A stretch of DNA of 63,957 nucleotides, the filler included, from Reclinomonas americana ATCC 50394 (taxonomy: Eukaryota), in assembly GCA_048213135.1 (NCBI GenBank). It is 16 parts of 16 records of this genome, joined end to end, with 100 filler letters (N's around TTAATTAATTAA, not from the genome) between each part and the next. Parts side by side here need not be neighbours in the genome. Positions count along the whole stretch, not along the records: positions 1 to 8,492 come from AFZH01016987.1; positions 8,593 to 18,644 come from AFZH01016988.1; 14 more parts are not named here. One strand, written 5' to 3'. This document shows, piece by piece, positions 1-9,578 of this stretch (its first letter is position 1; the number at the start of each line of letters is the position of its first letter). A model generated the notes under the pieces. The model saw only the letters and a list, made by a program, of their open reading frames with translations. It was not told where the DNA came from and made no database searches. A program made the position numbers and the translations under genes.

Positions 1-56
1 CGACTGTGTCTCAACGATCAGCAGTCTTCTCATTCTATTGTCTCTCTCTCTGCTTG

Positions 57-123
<67 letters not shown>

Positions 124-213
124 AAGTGTGTGCAAGTGTGTGAGCGATACAGAGACAAGTCTGTGAGGATCACACAACATGATCATCAATGTGACAGTGA
201 GAGACTGTGCACT

Positions 214-253
<40 letters not shown>

Positions 254-946
254 AGATGCGCACGTGTGAGAGACAGAGAGGGACAGCACGTGTGCATCAG
301 TGAGCGTGCACGCAGACAAGTCGACTCACTCAGCTCACACGCACACACTGCCTCTCCCTCTCTGTGTGTGAGGCCTATCATAGTGTGCACGCGCGAGAGA
401 AACAACAAGAGAGTGCGTGTGTGTGCGCGTGCGTTTTGGATAGTGGGCCATCACACTCTTTGTCACGCACCTTGCACAAAAAGTCATACGATTTCGCCTG
501 CGCAGTGCCGCCTGAGCGCGACGAGCTTGATGTATCACTGGCCATGTTACACACACACACGCGCGCACGCCTCTGAGATCGCTTTGGATGAGAAGTCAGT
601 CCACTGGCGATCCGATGGAATCCTCACTCGTTTTTCTTCATGCATACAACATATGCCCTCAACATCTTCTCTCCCATGTGCCTCTGCCATACTTGCACCT
701 GTTTCCGCGCAGCAAAGCATAAAAAACACAAAAAAATCACAAAGAAAATGAACTTCGAATTCGGGCTTGCTTTCTGTGCATGTTCTTCTTGTGCAAGCGC
801 TCTCTTCTTGGGAGTATGCTATGTAATGTAGAACTCAATGCATGCTGCAGAGCTTGTTGCAATCGACGTTGTCCGCGAATAAATCGTCGACGTCCCCTTC
901 ACACTCGTTCTTTCTTATCTCGACGTCGCACGTGCACACACACACG

Positions 947-2017
947 ATGGCCTCCTCACCTCCTCCCCCCTCCCTCCCGTGCAAGTGCCTCCTTGGGCAC
1001 ACAGCCAGGGTGAATTCCGTGGCCATCACTCCCGACGGTCTGCACGTTGTGAGTGGCAGTGAGGACCGTACAATTCGAGTGTGGTCGCTGGCGAGTGGCA
1101 AGGAGGTACAGCGGCTGGAGGGACACACTGACGAGGTGAATTCTGTCGCCGTCACTCCCGACGGTCAGCGTGTTGTGAGTGGGGGCGATGACTACACAGT
1201 GCGTGTTTGGTCGCTGGCGACAGGGGAGGAAGTGCGACGGCTGGAGGAACATGCAGAGAAAGTGCACAAGGTCGCCGTCACTCCCGATGGTCAGCACGTT
1301 GTGAGTGGCAGTCAAGACCACACGGTGCGTGTGTGGTCCATGGCGAGTGGAGAGGAGGAGCGGCGGGTGGCCGGCAATGTCACTGGCGATGGCCAGCACG
1401 TGATCACCGTGGGCGAGGACGGTGTGCGCTGTGTGCGGTCGCTGGCGAGTGGAGAAGAAGTGCGACGGCTGCAGCACGCCGAGAGAACATTCTCCTTCAC
1501 GGTTGCTCCCGATGGGCAGCACTGTGTGAGCGGAAGCTATGAGAAGACATTGATTGTGTGGTCACTGGCGAGTGGCGAGGAGGTGCGACGGTTGGCAGGG
1601 CATAGGGGGTGGGCGACAGCCATCAAGGTTACTCCCGATAGCCAGCATATTGTGAGTGGCAGTCATGATGCGACAGTGCGTGTGTGGTCAATGGCGAGTG
1701 GAGAGGAGGTGCGACGACTGGTGGGGCACGCGGGCATTGTGTACTCTGTGGCTGTCACCCCCGATGGTCAGCACATTGCGAGCGGCAGCAGGGACAACAC
1801 TGTGCGCGTGTGGTCCACACCGTACGGCCTCGCCCGACTGGAGCTCGATTGTGCGCGCTCGACCATGCGTGCGGTGCAGGAGATGCAGCGTGGGAGCGAA
1901 GAGGAAGAGGAGGAGGATCCGCGTTGCCTCCCGGAGCTGGTGCTGCGCTGCTTCCTGGTCGAGGAGGCCGCGGTCGTTCTGCACCGCTCGCGCACCGACC
2001 CGAGCCTTCGACTGTGA
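947..2017 (+). CDS. WD40 family paralogue A1 (7 WD40 repeats + conserved C-terminal module), intronless
   Basis: ORF from MASSPPPPSLPCKCL; 7 GH..V.SVAVTPDG.HVVSGS.D.TVRVWSLASG repeats (4th shortened); tail ELDCAR..VQEMQ..DPRCLPELVLRCFLVEEA..LRL. Confidence 0.93.
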   Translation: MASSPPPPSLPCKCLLGHTARVNSVAITPDGLHVVSGSEDRTIRVWSLASGKEVQRLEGHTDEVNSVAVTPDGQRVVSGGDDYTVRVWSLATGEEVRRLEEHAEKVHKVAVTPDGQHVVSGSQDHTVRVWSMASGEEERRVAGNVTGDGQHVITVGEDGVRCVRSLASGEEVRRLQHAERTFSFTVAPDGQHCVSGSYEKTLIVWSLASGEEVRRLAGHRGWATAIKVTPDSQHIVSGSHDATVRVWSMASGEEVRRLVGHAGIVYSVAVTPDGQHIASGSRDNTVRVWSTPYGLARLELDCARSTMRAVQEMQRGSEEEEEEDPRCLPELVLRCFLVEEAAVVLHRSRTDPSLRL

Positions 2018-2072
2018 ATGTGGTTTTTCCTTGCTCGCTTTCTCGTTTCCTCTTCATCGCTCGTGGTCTGTA

Positions 2073-2172
2073 CTGCCTCGCGGAGATCGCGCTTTGCTGC
2101 TTCCTGATCGAGAAGGCAGACAGGCAGAGGTCGTACTTTAACTCTGTTCTACCGACGCCAGCCTCCGTGTGA
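2073..2172 (+). repeat. Degenerate duplicate of the WD40-gene C-terminal tail
   Basis: Translates CLAEIALCCFLIEKA...; ends gcctccgtgtga like the gene end gccttcgactgtga. Confidence 0.8.
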
Positions 2173-2359
2173 ATGTCTGCGTTTTTCTTCAGGCTTTCTG
2201 TTCCTTCAGGGAATGAGCTCTCTTCGTCTTGGGTGTATCATACATAGTAGAACTTGCAGCTGCAGAGCGCAGTGCACTTCCACTGCGAAATAATCGTCGA
2301 CGTCGTCCGCAATCATCGTCCCTCATCATTTCACGTCACTTCTCGCACGTGCGCACACA

Positions 2360-3445
2360 ATGGCCTCCCCAGCTCCTCCCCCCACTCTCGCATGCAAGTG
2401 CCTCCGTGGGCACACCAATTCCGTGCACTCTGTCACCTTCACTCCCGATGGCAAGCACATTGTGAGCGGCAGCTGGGACGAGACTTTGCGTGTGTGGTCA
2501 CTAGCGAGTGGGGAGGAGGTGCGACGACTGCAACACAGTTACTTGATAGCGTCTGTCGCTGTCACTCCCGATGGTCGGCATGTTGTGACTGGGAGCGCTG
2601 ATTCGATCGTGCGAGTGTTTCCGCTGGCGAGTGGAGAGCAAGTTCGCCAGTTGGTGGGGCACACCAAGGAGGTATACGCAGTCGCCGTCACTCCCAACTG
2701 TGAGTACATTGTGAGCGGCAGTCAAGACAAGACAGTGCGAGTGTGGTCACTGGCCAGTGGACAACAAGTGCGGCTGGTGGAGGGGCACGCAGACTCGGTA
2801 AACTCTGTCGCTGTCACTCCCGATGGCCTGCACGTTGTGAGTGGCAGCTGTGACATGACTGTGCGTCTGTGGTCACTGGCGAGTGGAAAGGAGGTGCGGC
2901 GGTTTGCGGGAGACATCGGATGGGTGACATCTGTCGCCGTCACTCCCGATGGCCAGCACATTCTATCATGGAGCAGTGACACAACAGTACGCGTGTGGTC
3001 GCTGGCGAGTGGCGACGAGGTGCGACGTCTGGAGGGACATACCAAGTGGGTGCGATCTCTCGCACTTACTCCCGATGGTCTGCACTTTTTGACTGGCAGT
3101 GGAGACAGCATCGTGCGAGTGTGGTCCATGGCGAGTGGTGAGGAAGTGCGACGACTGGAGGGGCACACAGACGCAGTACTCTCTATCGCCGTCACTCCAG
3201 ATGGCCAGCACATTGTCAGTGGCAGTAGTGCCGAGACCGTGCGAGTATGGTCAACGCCGTGCGGCCTCGCTCTGCAGGAACTGGATTGTGCGCGTGCGGC
3301 CATGCGCGCGGTGCAGGAGATGCAAGGAGGAGACGACGAGTATGATCTGCGCTGCCTGCCGGAGATCGTGCTCCGCTGCTTCATGGTCGAGGAGGCCGAG
3401 GTGGTCCTGAATCGCTGCTCCACCGACCCGAGCCTCCGATTGTGA
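2360..3445 (+). CDS. WD40 family paralogue A2
   Basis: 361-aa ORF, 7 WD40 repeats, same leader and tail. Confidence 0.93.
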   Translation: MASPAPPPTLACKCLRGHTNSVHSVTFTPDGKHIVSGSWDETLRVWSLASGEEVRRLQHSYLIASVAVTPDGRHVVTGSADSIVRVFPLASGEQVRQLVGHTKEVYAVAVTPNCEYIVSGSQDKTVRVWSLASGQQVRLVEGHADSVNSVAVTPDGLHVVSGSCDMTVRLWSLASGKEVRRFAGDIGWVTSVAVTPDGQHILSWSSDTTVRVWSLASGDEVRRLEGHTKWVRSLALTPDGLHFLTGSGDSIVRVWSMASGEEVRRLEGHTDAVLSIAVTPDGQHIVSGSSAETVRVWSTPCGLALQELDCARAAMRAVQEMQGGDDEYDLRCLPEIVLRCFMVEEAEVVLNRCSTDPSLRL

Positions 3446-3480
3446 ATGTGGGTGTCTCTCTTTGTTTGCTTGCGGTCTGC

Positions 3481-3579
3481 GTTCTCCCAGGGATTGTTGT
3501 GCTGCGTTACCTCTTGATTGATGTGGCAGAGGTGGTCCTGAATCGCTGCTCCTTCGCCGACGCCAGCCTCCGACTGTGA
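3481..3579 (+). repeat. Degenerate duplicate of C-terminal tail
   Basis: Translates VVLRYLLIDVAEVVLNRCSFADASLRL*; shares gaggtggtcctgaatcgctgctcc with the A2 tail. Confidence 0.85.
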
Positions 3580-3787
3580 ATGTTGGTTTTTTCTTTGTTT
3601 GTTTTCTCGTTTTCTCTTACCCGCTTGTGGCTGGCCGAATCCATTTGCTCGCCAGTGTACGGTGTGGAGTGTAGTAGAACCTAGTGTTGCGGAGCGTGTC
3701 GCCCTTTCCACTCCGAAACCACGTCGACGTCGACCGCAAAGAAATGTCCCTTCACATCATCTCGTTCTCGCACGTGCGCACACAACG

Positions 3788-4861
3788 ATGGCCTCCCCAG
3801 CCCCTCCCCCCTCCCTCCCGTGCAAGTGCCTCCGTGGGCATTCTGGTATGGTGATCTGTGTCGCTGTCACTCCCGACGGTCAGCACGTGGTGAGTGGGGG
3901 CAGTGATGGAACAGTTCGAGTGTGGTCACTGGCAAGTGGCGAGGAGGTGCAACGGCTGGAGGGACACACTGGCTGGGTGTGGTCTGTCACCGTCACTCCC
4001 GACGGTCAGTACGTGGTGAGTGGTGGCGAAGATAAGACTGTGCGAGTGTGGTCACTTGCGAGTGGAGAAGAAGTGCGTCGGCTGGAGGGACACACTGGCT
4101 GGGTGTGGTATGTTGCCGTCATTGCTGATGGTCAGCTCCTGGTGAGCGGAAGCGACGACAGGACTATTCGAGAGTGGTCACTGGCGAGTGGAAAACAAGT
4201 GCGACGGTTCGAGTTGGATTCCGGCACTCTCACTCCCGATGGCCGCTTCATTGTGGGTGTGAGCGGGGACGGAACAGTCGGTGTGTGGTCGCTGGCGAGT
4301 GGAGAAGAAGTGCGACGAGTGAAGCGCACCACCAAAGTCTTCTCCATCACGGTCACCCCCGATGGCCAGCATTGTGTGAGTGCAAATGACGACAGGACGG
4401 TGAGCATGTGGTCACTGGCGAGCGGAGAAGAGGTGCAACGGTTGGAAGGGCACGTGAAGTGGGTGACGATTGTCACCGTTACTCCCGATGGTCTGTACAT
4501 ACTGAGTGGCAGTCAAGACGCGACGGTGCGTATGTGGTCCGTCTTGACGGGGAAGGAAGTGCGACGATTGGAGGGGCACTCGGGCGCAGTGCTGTGTATT
4601 GTCGTCACCCCCAATGGCGAGTGCATTGTGAGTGGGAGCAATGACAATACTGTGCGCGTGTGGTCCACACCATGCGGCCTTGCTCGGCAGGAACGCGATT
4701 GTGCGCGCGCGGCAATGCACGCTGTCCAGGAGATGCTGGAGGAGGAGGAGGAGGATGAAGATCCTCGTTGTCTCCCGGAGCTGGTGCTCCGCTGCTTCCT
4801 GGTCGAGGAGGCCGCGGTCGTTCTGCATCGCTCCAACGCCGACCCCAGCCTCCAATTGTGA
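3788..4861 (+). CDS. WD40 family paralogue A3
   Basis: MASPAPPPSLPCKCL start; 7 repeats (4th shortened); conserved tail. Confidence 0.93.
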   Translation: MASPAPPPSLPCKCLRGHSGMVICVAVTPDGQHVVSGGSDGTVRVWSLASGEEVQRLEGHTGWVWSVTVTPDGQYVVSGGEDKTVRVWSLASGEEVRRLEGHTGWVWYVAVIADGQLLVSGSDDRTIREWSLASGKQVRRFELDSGTLTPDGRFIVGVSGDGTVGVWSLASGEEVRRVKRTTKVFSITVTPDGQHCVSANDDRTVSMWSLASGEEVQRLEGHVKWVTIVTVTPDGLYILSGSQDATVRMWSVLTGKEVRRLEGHSGAVLCIVVTPNGECIVSGSNDNTVRVWSTPCGLARQERDCARAAMHAVQEMLEEEEEDEDPRCLPELVLRCFLVEEAAVVLHRSNADPSLQL

Positions 4862-4912
4862 ACGTGGAGCTTTCTCTTTGCTTGCTTTCTCGTTTCTCCC
4901 TTTCCGCTCGTG

Positions 4913-5007
4913 GTCCGTGTTGCCTCTCGGAGATTGTTGTGATGTTTGTTGGTCGAGGAGGCCGCAGACGTTCTGCATCGACCCCCAGTCTCCGACGTCG
5001 ACTGTGA
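4913..5007 (+). repeat. Degenerate duplicate of C-terminal tail
   Basis: PCCLSEIVV / LVEEAADVLHR remnants ending cgactgtga, frameshifted. Confidence 0.8.
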
Positions 5008-5404
5008 ATATTTGCGCCACGAAATCCTTTTGAGGCCAACACGCGTTTGATTGACTTTGCCTCCTGAAAGGGAAGATGACTATTGGAGAAGTAATTATGT
5101 GTTTGTATACTGTTGGTGTGCCAAGGTCATTGTCGGCAAGGGATTTGTGGGCGTTTATCGCATTGTTGGAATGTGGTGAATGAAGTGTTTTGATTGTGTG
5201 GTGTTTCTCAATTTGCTTTATTGCAGTCTTTCTGTTTTTTCGTTGTGGGTGGCATGTGCTCTCTTCTCGGGTGTTTAATATATAGTAGAACTTGGTGTTG
5301 CAGAGCGTGTCGCCCTTCCACTCCGAAACAACGTCGACGTCGTCCGCATAGAAAGTGTCCCCTGTACATCTCACTCGTCGTTCTCGCCAGTGCGCGCACA
5401 CACG

Positions 5405-6502
5405 ATGGCCTCCCCAGCCCCTCCCCCCTCCCTCCCTTGCAAGTGCCTCCGTGGGCACACCAAATCCGTGCACTCCGTGGCCATCACTCCCGATGGCCAG
5501 CACATTGTGAGCAGTGATGTGACTGTGCATGTGTGGTCACTGGCGAGTGGCGAGGAGGTGCGACGGTTGGAGGCGCACACTGGATCGATAGGGTCTGTCG
5601 CGGTCACTCCTGATGGGCAGTACGTGGTGACCGGGAGCACTGATTCATTCGTGCGGGTGTGGTCGCTGGCGAGTGGCGAGGAATTGCGACGAATGGAGGG
5701 ACACATTGCAGAGGTGCGGTCGGTCGCCGTCACTCCCGATGGTCACCACATTGTGAGTGGTGGTGGAGACAACACAGTGTTGGTGTGGTCGTTGGCGAGT
5801 GGACAAGAAGTGCGGCAGCTGGAGGGTCACACAATGACGGTAAACTCTGTCGCCGTCACTCGCGATGGCCTGCACGTTGTGAGTGGGAGTTGGGACAAGA
5901 CTGTGCGTGTGTGGTCACTGGCGAGTGGAAACGAAGTGCGACGCTTGGAGGGACACACTGGATGGGTGTTCGCCGTCGCCATCACCCCCGATGGGCAGTT
6001 CATTGTGAGTGGGGGCGGCAGTGGTGACAACACAGTGCGAGTGTGGTCACTGGCGAGTGGCGAGGAGGTGCGACGACTGAAGCTGCAGAGCAGTTGGGTG
6101 GCGTCTGTCGCCGTTACTCCGGATGGCCAGCACATTGTTAGTGGGAGTGGCCTTCCGGGCAACACAGTGCAACTGTGGTCACTGGCGACTGGAGAGGAGG
6201 AGCGACGGTTGGAGGGGCACACGGGTGTGGTGTGGTCGGTTGTCGTCACTCCCGATGGCCAACGCATTGTCAGCGGAAGTGACGACAGTACTGTGCGCGT
6301 GTGGCTCACACCATACGGCCTCGCTCAGCTGGAGCTCGATTGTGCGCGTTTGGCCGTGCGCGCTGTGCAGGAGATGCAGCGTGCGGGCGAAGAGGATGAA
6401 GATCCTCGTTGTCTCCCGGAGCTAGTGCTCCGCTGCTTCCTGGTCGAGGAGGCCGCGGTCGTTCTGCATCGCTCGCGCACCGACCCGAGCCTACGACTGT
6501 GA
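5405..6502 (+). CDS. WD40 family paralogue A4
   Basis: MASPAPPPSLPCKCL start; 7 repeats; conserved tail. Confidence 0.93.
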   Translation: MASPAPPPSLPCKCLRGHTKSVHSVAITPDGQHIVSSDVTVHVWSLASGEEVRRLEAHTGSIGSVAVTPDGQYVVTGSTDSFVRVWSLASGEELRRMEGHIAEVRSVAVTPDGHHIVSGGGDNTVLVWSLASGQEVRQLEGHTMTVNSVAVTRDGLHVVSGSWDKTVRVWSLASGNEVRRLEGHTGWVFAVAITPDGQFIVSGGGSGDNTVRVWSLASGEEVRRLKLQSSWVASVAVTPDGQHIVSGSGLPGNTVQLWSLATGEEERRLEGHTGVVWSVVVTPDGQRIVSGSDDSTVRVWLTPYGLAQLELDCARLAVRAVQEMQRAGEEDEDPRCLPELVLRCFLVEEAAVVLHRSRTDPSLRL

Positions 6503-6862
6503 ATGTTGGTTTGCTTTCTTGCAGGCTTTTCTCTTGTGTGCGCATATTGTAGAACCCGGTGTTGCTGTTACTCACGATGGAGATCACGGCCACTGATCAG
6601 GTGATTGGTATTGCGAAGCCAGGCTGCCTCGGCCACCCTGTTGGCGTACTCGCTACTGTCAAGCCCTCAACTTATTCGATATCAGCGTTCCTGACATCGA
6701 TGTCCCTTGGGTCCGATCGCTTCCGCCATACAAAAAAAGCTCCTGCGGCATTGACAGTCTCACATCATTGTTCTCCAGATCAGTAAGAACCCACTGCTGG
6801 CGACAGCACGCACAAGAAACAAGTTGTCCTGCTCCTTTCAATCAGTCTGTGAGAGAGCGATC

Positions 6863-9518
6863 ATGCCTCCTGGTGGCCCCCGCGCAACTCACGATGCCCA
6901 CACTGACACTGCCACTAACGGCAACAACAGTGTGATCCACACACGACTCACAGAAGACGATGTGGAGGATGGGCAGCTTACGTTTGACACGCCGACCTCT
7001 TCTTCCACCACAGCAGCAGCGGCAACGAAACGCGAAGAGAATGGCAGTAGAGTGGCACTTGACATGCGGGAAAAGGTGACCGCGTGTCGCATCCAACGAG
7101 GGTGAGTGACTGTGAGTGCGCGCGAAAACAACACGCTCATGGCAGTTGGCATATCATCATCATCTTGTCATGTTTTCCTCATTGTTTCGTGTTCATCACC
7201 TCTCTCACACAGGACGATCAATGTGTTCTTGTTGGGCTTGTCGTTCCTCTTTGTGTTTTATTGCTTTGCCCCGACGCAAGTTGAGTTGTTTGTGCAACTG
7301 ATCGCCAGTTGGAAGAGATGTGCGGAAAGAGCAGCGATTCTTTGTCAGTGGGAGGGAAAGGGAGAGAGAGGAGAGAGAGGAGAGAGAGGGAGGGGGGAAG
7401 AGGGTGACTGGTGATCGCGATCAGAGACAACTGAGATGCGGAGATGCGAAGGAAGCATGAGAGAGAGAGAGAGAGAGACGCAATGCGATGGGCAGGTGCT
7501 TGAAGAGTCGCAGTTTGTCGGGCACGCAGTGACAACTGAGATGTGGAGATCCATGAGGAGTGAGAGTTGTTGAGAGCGAGTGTTGGGCGATCGCAGGCGC
7601 AGAGGGAGGTTCGGGAGCAGCGATTCTGTCGTCTCGAGAGTGTTTGGCGCGGTCAGTGATGAGCAAGCAGTTCGTCAGCGAGGTGACAAGGCAGTTGGCA
7701 GGGGATTCTGGCATGACTGGCACGTCGTGACAACTCAAATTGTGGAGAGGGTTCCGCGAGCTGTGAGTGCAATGGAAAACGAGGCGCGGGGATGCTGAAG
7801 AAGCGATTCTCTCGCATGCAAGAGCAAGTGTGTGAGTAACTGAAAGAGCGAGAGAGAGAGAGGGAGACAGAGTCAGTTGCACTTCAGAATCGCCGCACAT
7901 ATCTTTCTCCGCGTCAGGCATTGTGCATCGTGATGGTGGCGGGAGTTGACTCATGAATGCCCTTGCAGTCCTACATGACCAAGCTGAATGCCGATTTGGG
8001 ATTTGCCAGCATGGCGATGTTGTATCTGGTATTTGGGTTTGCCTCTCTCGGCGCGCCGTGGGTCATCAAGAAGCTGGGAATCAGGTGCGGTGTGATGCTC
8101 TGCTGGCTGGCTCTCCCACGTCTCACATCTGCTCTGAATGATTGCAGACTGGCGCTCATTGTTGCCGCTGTGCCGTACATTGTGTACGCGCTGGCATGCA
8201 TTCCGGCCACGCCATTCACCTTGCTGCCGGCGTCGTTTATTATCGGACTGGGTGGTGAGTCACCGGCTAGGTGTAGGGCACTCACTGGGCAAGCGCCCGT
8301 TTCAGCAGTTCCTGTCGTCTTTTCTTTTTGCGCGTCTCCGTGTCGCATGACTGTTTCCGTGTTACGACTGTGCTCTCCCAGTATCGCTGATGCATGCTCC
8401 TTTTGCCGCTGCTTCTCCATGTGTCCTTTTGCTCGCTTTCCTTGTCACCGCCGCTTGCCCGGGTCGCGTACTCTCTCTCTCTCTCTCTCTCTNNNNNNNN
8501 NNNNNNNNNNNNNNNNNNNNNNNNNNNNNNNNNNNNTTAATTAATTAANNNNNNNNNNNNNNNNNNNNNNNNNNNNNNNNNNNNNNNNNNNNCTCTCTCT
8601 CTGCCTCTCCCTCTCTCTGACTCTCTCTTTCTCTCACTTAGTGGCGTTCTTGTATTTGTTCCCAGAGCTGTGACACTCGCGTCGCTCTCGTGCTCAATGT
8701 TTCACACCGCCTTCTCTCCATCTCCATTCACCCCTTCATCAACTTCCCTCATTCCACCCTTCCCCCACCAGGCGCCGTGCTGTGGACATCGCAAGGCGAG
8801 TACCTGGCTGGTGCCTCTGACCCCGCCACCGTCGGCTTCCTCTCCGGACTGGTACGCCGCTTGCTCTCTTCCTTCTCCCCTTCCTCGTTCTCACTCGCCC
8901 GCAGTTCTTCGCACTATTGCAAATCGGCTGCCTTGCGGGCAACGTCAGCGTGAGCGCCCTCGTGTCGCTGGATGTGCCGGTGGCCTCGGTGTTTTTGATT
9001 CTGGCCGTCGTCGGCTGTGTGGGCCTTGTGGTCATGTTCTTCTTGGGGTGCGTGCACTTTCATGTGTGATCTGCTCCTCCCAGCGCATTGTCAGGTTGCT
9101 CATGCCCTTCTCCATTTTCCACTCACACTTCTCGACCCAGCCGCATCGACGGGGACACTGCGGTCAAGTCGGAACGGTCACCAAAGGCAATTTTCTCGCT
9201 CTTTGTGCGCAAGGACTTTGCGCTGCTGCAGGGAGTAATTATGCTTGGCGGCATTAGTCAGGTGAGAGAACTGCTTGTTGCTTCGCTTGTTGTTTCTTCC
9301 CGCTCACGGTCTGTATTGTCTGTGCGTCAGTCGCTGTACAGCGGCAAGTACCCACCGACGCTGGCGACGGAGCATGTGGGTCTCTTTGCTGCCGTGATTG
9401 CCATTGCGTCCATCGTAGGTGAGGCGCGGGGAAAGGAGATGGAGAGGGAAGGGAGTGCGAGAGGGTGAGGGTGAAGGAGTTTTGAGAGGGTGGGAGAGGA
9501 CAAGTGAGAAAATCGCCC

Positions 9519-9578
<60 letters not shown>

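Noticed and set aside
2006..2017. C-terminal LRL as a peroxisomal PTS1
   Set aside because: Position -3 is Leu rather than S/A/C, and paralogues end LQL, LRF, LCL, LHL.
2073..5007. Tail duplicates as template/variable repeats of a diversity-generating retroelement
   Set aside because: Differences are not adenine-specific and include indels, the duplicated part is the constant region, and no DGR-type RT is visible.
6567..6790. 75-aa ORF after cluster A
   Set aside because: No motif, short, no supporting splice or codon signal.
8537..8548. Recurrent TTAATTAATTAA palindrome
   Set aside because: Always centred in Ns; assembly linker, not biology.
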